From Tubiluchus corallicola (lineage: Eukaryota > Animalia > Priapulida), in the NCBI GenBank assembly GCA_030141605.1, contig JAQGDQ010000016.1:1242282-1306281 (forward strand): a stretch of DNA of 64,000 nucleotides, read 5' to 3'. Under the pieces are notes generated by a model. The model searched no databases. It was given only the letters and a program-made list of their open reading frames with translations, and was not told the origin of the DNA. Both the position numbers and the translations under genes were made by a program. This document shows, piece after piece, positions 55,301 through 64,000 of the stretch (the first letter of the stretch is position 1; each line of letters begins with the position of its first letter).

Positions 55301-56035
55301 ACGGCGTTGTTCAAGCAAAGATACAAAGTCAGGTTGAATATCAGAGGCCAGAGTAATACACCTCCATTCAGTTCTTTCTAAAGCATTTTTAAAGGTGACA
55401 TAAGGTGAGTGACATTGTCATACCATTGCTCAATTTCAGACAAGTCTGCTTGTAAGATCTCTTGATCAGAGGAATTTCTAATTGGACGGTAAGGCTTTAT
55501 ATCATCAAAAACAGCGGTATACGTGTGTCAGGGGATACACAATCAGTAACATCATTGACAAAAATAAGAAAACAATTGGGTCCTGACAAAGTCCCTTGAG
55601 GAATGCCACTGGTTATATTTCTCCAGAAAGTGGTTACACCATTTAAACCCATTCTTCGCTGTTTGTGTGTTAGAAAATATTGAAACCATTGGAGTAGTTT
55701 CCCTCTTATACCTGCAAATTCCATTTTTAACACGAGACGACGAAGAGGAACAAAATCAAATGCTTTTCTAAAATCAATATATAGAATATCAATTGATGGG
55801 AGAGAAGGTGCATCAAAGAATTGCGACCAGTCATTTAGGCATTCAAGACTTGTTACAGTGGAACGTTGTGGTAATCAGCCATGACAAATCTATCCATGTT
55901 CAAAATAATGGGGGTAGCTGCAAAGGTGAGTGAGTTATTATTATTGACCTTGTTTTCCTTATTCAGGCAAACTGCTGCAGGATTTCCAGAAAATGGGTAA
56001 CTTGTAAATGCATCGACGGTAAATAACGACAACAT
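48276..56035 (-). CDS. PBLD: Phenazine biosynthesis-like domain-containing protein (PhzF family), 6 exons, 296 aa
   Basis: Exons 56035-55949, 53037-52824, 52521-52379, 51383-51295, 49830-49595, 48397-48276 (891 nt, phases consistent). Motifs: VDAFTSYPFSGNPAAVC, EMNISETAF, LRWFTPTNEVPLCGHATLA, FETKSGPL, SRFFTPWNGIPEDPVTGSAH, ARQCSKRGG. Confidence 0.96.
53290..53745 (+). mobile_element. CR1-clade LINE RT fragment in PBLD intron 1
   Basis: Degenerate KF(A)D..KL, LQND, MLFNVDK..MHWG and L.FSQQC...VKKAN motifs. Confidence 0.75.
55065..55925 (-). mobile_element. CR1-clade LINE ORF2 fragment in PBLD intron 1
   Basis: IYIDFRKAFD, GIRGKLLQWF, SGIPQGTLSGPNCFLIFVND and FFASRVVGPWNSL motifs. Confidence 0.88.
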
Positions 56036-56516
56036 TCTCAACTTAATTAAGGAAAAGCTACGTGAAATAAACATTAGCACAAAAACAACGTATGAAAGGC
56101 GCAGACATTTTGTAATTGGCTTCTTGTACAGTGCTGCCGCAAAGAAAAATGCGGAGAAAACCAAAAATGCGCAGTGCATCAACCAGGAGCGGGGAGAATG
56201 TAGATTAGCCGTGTTAGGTGTTAGTTTTATCGTTATTCGTGTTACAAGTTGGTCAGATTTTATCAATTCGATGACTTTAGGTAACTTAAATTATCCTACT
56301 CGCTGTGATTTACTGCACCAAGTGTGATTCTAGAAAGCACTTGTAAAACAGTAAGTCGATTCTTTAAGTGACGCTGTTGTTATCTCAGTTGGACAGATGC
56401 GCCATTTTCATCTTCATTTTAGTGTAACTGATTACTGAACCGTGAAATTTTAGGGATTTGTATAATTGGCGGCATATGAAACCCAACCATCGAGAAGGCA
56501 GGTGACTTTCACGAAC
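56036..56516. promoter_or_regulatory. PBLD promoter, possibly bidirectional
   Basis: Lies between the PBLD ATG (minus) and a putative plus-strand ATG; contains a YY1-like GCGCCATTTT near 56399. Confidence 0.35.
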
Positions 56517-57609
56517 ATGGCGAACATAAGTGACAAGTTGCCATGTGCGGAAAGGATAGTAAAAAGTAAGTATAATTATTAATGTTTTTTCGATTTGCAG
56601 TTGAATGTACAGTTGTACCTCGTACGCTGCACGTAGCTACATGCTGTAGAAATGTATATATTTATTTAGCTGAGACGGGTTTATTTATATTAGGCACAGC
56701 TAAGCATAACACTTCGAGTTTTTCAATTTAAGATTGTGATTGCTAAATAAAATGTGAACTTTGGTGAGTTAAAGCGTAAACCAATTTTTGCTATATCAAA
56801 GTTCACAGTTATAGTAAACTAAAGTGAAACAAGTTGGAGACAGCTGCCTTTTTATATATAGGAATTTCTGGTATTCATTTTTCATTGAATAAAGAAAATT
56901 TAAATTAATGCCCAAAAGAATGGATGATTTAAAATGTCTGTAGTCACATCATATTGTCCACTAATTAAGTGCTTGAATTTTTTATCTAATAATGACCGGT
57001 TAACCTTAGCTATTTTAGGCCTAGACGTCAAAGCAAAATTAAGTCCAAGTAAAAAAAGTAAAAAAGAAACATTCTTTCTTAAAAATAATAATGTTAGATG
57101 TTATAAGTGGAGGAATGGATGTTAAGAAGTATTAAGTTAAAGAGTTAGAGAGATATTTTAGTAGATTGAACATTGTCATTGTTCTTTATACATGTGAATG
57201 AACGTTACCCTGGATACATCTGCATACTGATTTCTTGTAAATTATGCATTAGCAGTGCTGCATCATAGTGCATATAGCCGCAGTGGTTACTGTTTAGCAG
57301 GATAGCTGCATTGATGATTGCAAATTTATGCAGGCAAACCTTTCTTGTGTTAAAAAAACTGCTTTGGTCATGTCACATTGTGAAACATCATGAAAGATGT
57401 TTGTAAAAAAATGTGGTTGCAAAAAGTTGCAAAATAAACCATAGACTGAGGCTAGCCCCTCAATGTATGTTTCCAATGGATGTATCCTAAATATGCATCC
57501 TCTTTTCAGTACTCGTGTTGTTGTTGGTTTTTTCTTTTTCTTCGTAGGCGCTGTACATGAAAAAAGGCTTAGGCTTCGACTCTTAAAAGCAGATCCAATA
57601 AATTGTTTG
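56517..57609 (+). CDS. Putative first two coding exons of an unidentified gene divergent from PBLD
   Basis: AACATGGCG Kozak context, exon 56517-56565 ending in GTAAGT, then a strong polypyrimidine acceptor before 57548 in a compatible phase, giving MANISDKLPCAERIVKSAVHEKRLRLRLLKADPINCL. No family recognised and later exons not identified. Confidence 0.35.
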
Positions 57610-58139
57610 GTTTGGGTTGATACTAGAGAATATCATGAATAGACTAATAAAGTTGGATTTGTCGTATATGACATGTCTAAGATGGTGATGTTGATGTCAT
57701 GTTCACAGAAAGCTATTTGAGGTTGTACTATACCTAAACTAATGTAGCGAAATTTTTCAGAGTGAATCCATAGTTCTTCTATGAGTGCTATAATGACGGT
57801 TATAATTAATGATCAATGTTAGTCAAAGTGTAGCTATCATCAAGCCTCTTGTCTGGAAGAAAGTTCTTAAAGGTTCTCAAAGCTTACTAGCTTCGCAAAA
57901 TCTTATTTTGGTACTAGGCATTATAATACATGTTTAAAACTATTAGCTACAAGTTTTGTGCATGCCCTAAGTATTTTTAAGTGAGTAGTCATAAAACTTT
58001 AAATTGGCAATAGCAATAAGTGTTTGAAAAAGTTTTGTATTAAAGTAGCAGTTTTGTTAGTTGCAGTGTTAATGGTAGAGGCAGTAGCAAATAGCAATAG
58101 CAGTAATAATAAGAAGGCTAAACTCCGCAAAAAAGTTAG

Positions 58140-58484
58140 CGCATAACCCACGATGACAAACTACACCACACCCACCACACCACGCCACCCACACCCACTA
58201 CATCATACCGTACCCCCCATGTCACACCCGCAAAACCGTCACTTTAACACGTTACTATACTAATACTAATACTATACTACTATACAAATACTCTACTATA
58301 CTATTTACTATCTATTGTGTGTTTCCTGTAGGCAGTACAGCCATAGCCATTAGCCAATGTTTGTGTCCATCTCTGTGAATGGTCTATTCCATGTCATTCA
58401 ACTGCTTTTCCTAGCTTCACATAGTTATCCCAATTTGCCTGAAGCCTTGTTTTTTATTATATGCATATATATATATATATGCTT

Positions 58485-58528
<44 letters not shown>

Positions 58529-58575
58529 TATACTATATACTATATATATATATGCTTGACTATATATATATATAG
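58140..58575. repeat. Low-complexity block: (CACCA)n, (ACTAT)n and (AT)n
   Basis: Directly visible. Confidence 0.85.
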
Positions 58576-59279
58576 TTGAATGACATGGAATATATATACA
58601 TATAATATTATATTCTGTAAATGCAAAATTATTAATATTAATTTATTTATTAGCCACAGTTGCTTGGCAGGTAGTTTTTAAACATTTTTGTGATAGTATG
58701 TGTACTTAAATACAATTCTATCAACCGTAGGAGCTGGCGTACAAAATATTTCAAAGTTAAACCAAAATAAAAAAGAATAAAAATTCGTTTCAAAGTCAAA
58801 TTCAGAAAAATTTGTTAACCCGAAGTAAAAAAGAGATATTTTGGAGATTTTTGTAAAATCACATACGTGAATATTGGCATCTTCGGGACACAAATAGCCT
58901 TCTGGTTTGTTTAATGGTCTGAGTCACACTGGTATTCATGACATAGATTAACTTACAAAATCACACGTGAGAATGACGATATGATACTTTTTGCCTAAAT
59001 TTTGTTATTTTAGAAAAGTTAAATATTCGTGTTTCTCGTGTCATTTTACACTGTGCAGTATGTAGCTGTGCTATGAGGAAGTGTAAATAATACACATATG
59101 ATCACACCACTATGAAGCACAAGGGTACATGGCCTCTTCGTTTGGAAATCGTGTTATTACTGTCTAATATAATACTTTGGTCTTTTAACCTTTAGATTTT
59201 GAAAGTCGATAAATGAATCTTTTGCATTTTCAGTTTATTAAACTTCACCTTATTGTTAGTAGTTTGGCTGCAAGGGCAA

Positions 59280-59870
59280 AAAGAATTTATGCATGCTTTA
59301 CTTTTATTATAAATGATTTTTACAATTGTAACTCCAGACTTCCACACTTAATGTTAGGGATTTAAAAAATAAGTCTTTAAAATAGTATGAATAGCGTCTT
59401 AAATGATACAAGGCTGTGAGTTCAAGTTTTAATTTGAATTTGTTAAATTTTGTGATTGACATTCATAAAATTTAGTCATGTGCTATAAAATTGTTCATAA
59501 AGAGCTATATCTAAATGTTGACAAACTTGTCAACAAAACCAAAAGTAACCATTCGCTCAAACTCTTTGTTAGGCGTACTGCAAAAAAAGCTTTTGCTGAC
59601 TTTTTCTCGAACAAGGTTGTCCCTATCTGGAATAGCTTACCCGCACAACTAAATGGATTTCCACTTGTAACAGCACAGACCCAAAACATTTTAAAACTAG
59701 GTTAGATGCTGTGGACTTAATTGGATTTTTGCTTTTTGATTGGCTCTTATAAGCAAGTAATTCAGCCTCTGAGCGTCTCCCCAACATCATAAATTCGATG
59801 ATTTTTTTATGTAAACACTTGCTTTTTAATTATGGTTTGTGTGTGATGTGAAAATAAATTAAATTAAAAT
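59280..59870 (+). mobile_element. CR1-clade LINE 3' end (related to 8700-9610)
   Basis: ORF 59478-59705 contains HSLKLFVRR...FFSNKVVPIWNSLP; AT-rich tail follows. Confidence 0.85.
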
Positions 59871-62329
59871 TTAAAAAATTAAAACTCTTTTATACTTTCA
59901 AAACTGCATGAAATTTGCATGTAGTTTATTGCCACCAGGCAGCTGTTATATGTAGTTTTAAATCTGTATGTAATCGTTATATTAATTAATTTTAGCGGCA
60001 ATGTCACAAAAAGTGCTTTGATTACCCATATATAGTGTTCTGCTAATGGACCGTAGTGCTAGTGAACCAAAAAAATCGATTTTTTGCATAGGATAAGTGA
60101 TTTTAAATGAACCAATGACGTGGTTAAATGAACAGCAAATTCCGAAAAAATGATAAGGGAAAAAGATTACTGTATTACCATAGTTCATGAATGACACTTG
60201 GCTGATGGGGGCCCATGTACTGAAGCCGTCATATGTACAGCAGGCAGCTAGGTTCTATTTTGGGTTTGCGGTTTCTGCCCTGTTTAACATCATTAGGCTG
60301 AAGATTTTCACAGCATCCCATGACCTACGCGTCTTAGTCGTGAAATTGTATGCCAGGGTGAGAAATTGTCGAATCAAAATCTGAAGTTTAATTTGATTTA
60401 TTTGTTGCTAGCTACTCATTAGAAACTCAGGACTTACAAGCGCTGCTGCAATTATGCTATGTGATTAAATTTATGCAGGGTACCAGAGGCTGGACATCCT
60501 TTTACCACATCAGATATGTGAAGACCCTTTCAAAAACGTCAGCATTTGAATAATGTACAACTATGAATATTGCTCTAAATATGATAGACATTTAGGATAA
60601 CTTAGCTTAAACTGTGTGCTTTATTTGTAGTGTAAAGCTTTTAAATCAGTCTTAAAATTTTTCAAATGGTCTACTCTTAAACTTTCTACCAACTAACGCT
60701 ACCTGAATAACAAGATTGAAAATCACAAATGTATAAAAAAAAGTTTTCTATTTTGAGCTGTCTCCCTGATAATGCAATATGTAAAGTGAACCAATATCAG
60801 TCTTCTTCAACATAAGAAGTTGAGTATTTTTCTTATGACAAAAATTTCTGCAGAAATCAGACTGCGAGAGTTTATAAACCATTAACTTTAAGTTTTTTAA
60901 TGTATGACTTCACTAACTTATGTGACCATTTAGTAAATTTAAATTAAAAAAACGTTAAAGAAATTAAAATGTAGATCCACTGAATAAAAAATCCCACAGT
61001 TAAAAAACAAGGAAAAGGTAAGTTCTAAGCACAACGTTTCGAAAAAAATTCTTTTTTGTACCTTTGTATTCACCTAAAAAACTACTATAGTGGTTCGAAA
61101 CGTCACGCACTTTCTTTGTTCTTTCTTGTTTTTTCTTATTTTTTTTGGTCACTGTCGCAGTTCTTGTTACTAAGAATACTATTGCATATATTGATAAATT
61201 CGGTACATTTTTTTCCACAATAGGGGCCATTATAGGGCTATATACCAGCTAAAAATTAAACACAATTTACACAGAGTAAAATATTTAAGGCCTTTTTTGA
61301 TCATGAATTTTCCGTGCCATAAATGTTCTCATTGACTTTAGGTTACATTTTTAACATTATTGCTCATCTTGAAAACGTGAACATAATAAATTAAATTTAA
61401 GCCACCTCTAATCTCCTCGTCACCCGTGGCCCGCATGTGACCTTCTCTTGGCTGAGTTAATGGACTAAGAAAACAATCCGACAGGAGATACACAAACTCT
61501 GAGGTTTGAAAAACTTATGGCTCGTTTTTTCCTTCTTAATTTTAAAATTGGAAAGTTGGTTTCCGCATGTTGGAAATAAATGCCATGTGTTTCAGGGAAA
61601 AGTATAAATTATCCTACGCAAGGTGCTTATTTTCGAGCATCGATCAATACAAAAGCGGAATACGGTCAGAAAAGACACTTTTTGTCAGAAACACTGTATC
61701 TAGCTTTTGCTTTTAAATTCTGAGCTTAGCTATGGGCGCTATACTTGTACATACCTTTTCCATCATAAATACTGTACATGTGGATAGCATATTCTCTTTT
61801 TAAATTTTGGCTTGCCGTTTAAATTTACATTAGCCGGTGTTACTGTATGTGTAAATTACGTGTACAGAATGGCATACTGTAAATGTGACGAAAGGGACTA
61901 CTGTACAACTTAGTCTGTATTTACTAATTTTAGTTACCAGTAGTTTAAAAAATCGCATGTTTTACTCTAGAGCTTTTTTAAAAATGTTTAAACCCGGTTG
62001 GACTAATGTTCTCATTTTAGTTTACTGTTGCATCTTATAATAGAGCTCGTTTTTGATGCTAAATAGAACTCATGCTTGCCCCGAATTAGACTATTTCTCT
62101 GTTTTGTAGATTTTTGCAGTAGTGGAACTTCGTAGAAATATTAATGGTCTCTTAGGAACGCATCAGTTAGACTAATGTTCTGCCAATATCCATTCCTCCA
62201 ACGTTGTGCAGTTACTTAAACTTACTTTCCATATGTTTTAAAACCCCCAAGGAAACAAATTTACCCATCTATCTTCAACTTGCTTGCCGCTAGCTCCGGG
62301 TAGGAGTACGCTTTAATGATAACTGCTGT

Positions 62330-62950
62330 CTACCCTGTCTACGGGTCTAACTTTATGATTCTGTACTGCATAACAAAGTTGCATATATTGAATTGTCAGT
62401 TCCGTCTGTCTGTCTGTCCGTCAGTCACTACTTTTTCTCGGCCGTGGAGTAATGTAGGTTATCTATACCTCGCACGGACATAGGGCATCATTCAAGCTGT
62501 TAGTTTTTCAATCAATCGGTGTAGTTTTGAACTTTTGACGCATAACAATTATACGGTATAATAAGAATATTTTTATCGCTATAATAAGCTGCGTACCGCG
62601 ACTATAGGTTTATTGGTCATATATGTTTGTTTGTATCTGTACGTCATGCGTCTCTAGATGTCTATACTTTCTATACGTCTATATGTATCTGTACGTTTAT
62701 CAGTATCTGGCCATTTTTTTACGTAATTAACCGTCAAGTAACATTGAAGGATATCACCTCGCGCAGTGGAAGGGCATCTTTCAAGCGCGGAGCCGACTAC
62801 AGAAGTTTCGGTCCTAAACATCTATCTGTCTCTTTGTCTGTCAGTCTGTTACCACTTTCGCTCGCTCCCGAGTAATCTAAAAAGTTGAAACGTCTTACAA
62901 CTGTAGGGCATGGTTCAACCTCGTATACATACTGTAAATTTTGGGGTCAG
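62330..62950 (+). repeat. Interspersed repeat with (GTCT)n cores, two modules (Helentron-associated/DINE-like candidate)
   Basis: TCCGTCTGTCTGTCTGTCCGTCAGTCACTACTTT near 62401 and a similar module near 62825, each followed by TAGGGCAT..TTCAA. Family assignment is tentative. Confidence 0.4.
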
Positions 62951-64000
62951 TTGGCACAGCTTTCTTGAAGATTTGTGTATAGCAAAGTTCTGTAACTATC
63001 GCTCAAGTGTACGTGATCGAGTGACAACTAAGTGAATTATGATTCATTATAAGCATCAGATAACAACAATCACTAACATATGTTATGCAGAAAACATATT
63101 TTTGTGACAGCCTCCATGTACGTAAACCCGCAGGATATGATGGTAGTCTGTGGTTTTTCAAAGCCTTCAAGTATACCTGTATCTGAATTTAGATCTTTGT
63201 TTGAAGTTTTAAGTTTTTAAATCCACACGCATTGTAACTCGGACACGTTTAAAGTTTCTTCTATTAAAAATTCAAATTAGAATTCTGGCCAAATTAGAAA
63301 TTTAGTATCATTTTAAGTGTCATTGGAGAATATACATCTTTGAAATTGTCTCAGAATATATCGACCTCGTCATGGCAACTATGTCCCTTTACTTAAGTTA
63401 CTTTAGTTAAGATTCTGCTTATAGCAGAATCTTCTTGATTTTTTAATTTAGTTTGAGTTTAATATTATAAAATGCAAAAAAGTGCAAATTATATTTTTTT
63501 ATTTTCCTGCAAGTTATGTATGTTTTGTTTTGAGATTAAAATGATAATCTTTACGAATTTACCATCATATGCATACGTCTGTATTCTGACAGCACAAGTT
63601 TCCTTACCATCATTTTGCATTTTACTGCAGTTATAGTTTCATAGTAGACTGTTTGAGGATATCATATCCAGAACTTTCCAGAAATTTATTTTATGTCTAT
63701 TCTCTACCGAACGTGCAAAACAGATGTGAAAAAAATCTGCCAAAGGACTGGAAAGATGTTCTTAAAACTACTCTGCCCTGTTATTAATAAGGTTCCCTTG
63801 TATACAAAAAGGATACTGTCAGAGCTTAAATTAAAACACTTGTAAAAATTTACTATAACCATTTTAAAGTTATCCGAATAATTACTTTTGTCATTACTGT
63901 TACAGACAAGAGGTGTGCAATACAACCTATAAACATCAAGCAGTGTCATAAACGAATGGTCTCATAAAATATATTTTTGTCCCTTGCTATAAAAATCTGG

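Noticed and set aside
55853-56266. 137-aa ORF as an N-terminally extended PBLD
   Set aside because: Family homology starts at MLSLFTVDAF (56035); the upstream part has no similarity and the downstream part is intronic LINE sequence.
61070-61110. Hammerhead candidate ...GTGGTTCGAAACGTC
   Set aside because: The core reads CTAAAAA and stem I is absent; at best a very old relic.

Overview
AT-rich eukaryotic (invertebrate, probably metazoan) genomic DNA with spliceosomal introns; no prokaryotic operons or CRISPR arrays. Bases 1 to ~24,000 hold no recognisable host gene and consist of microsatellites, tandem duplications, hAT MITEs, tRNA/5S-derived SINEs and LINE/Penelope remnants. Bases ~24,900-57,600 hold a compact, alternately oriented gene block that I reconstructed exon by exon. 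(1) An MTA1/2/3-family NuRD subunit (minus strand, 12 coding exons, 737 aa) with a GC-AG intron and an extra C2H2 finger. (2) A divergently transcribed uncharacterised ~307-aa protein with an acidic N-terminus, one TM helix and an SRPBCC/START-like domain. (3) A convergent PBLD/PhzF-family gene (minus strand, 6 exons, 296 aa). (4) A possible further gene starting divergently at 56,517. The most unusual non-coding items are a 5S-rRNA-headed SINE with a degenerate twister-ribozyme-like motif in an MTA intron, a tRNA/5S chimeric SINE present as an inverted pair, and a degenerate minimal hammerhead ribozyme at a Penelope-like 3' end. I found no clearly demonstrable new biological system; the best candidates are listed with their tests.
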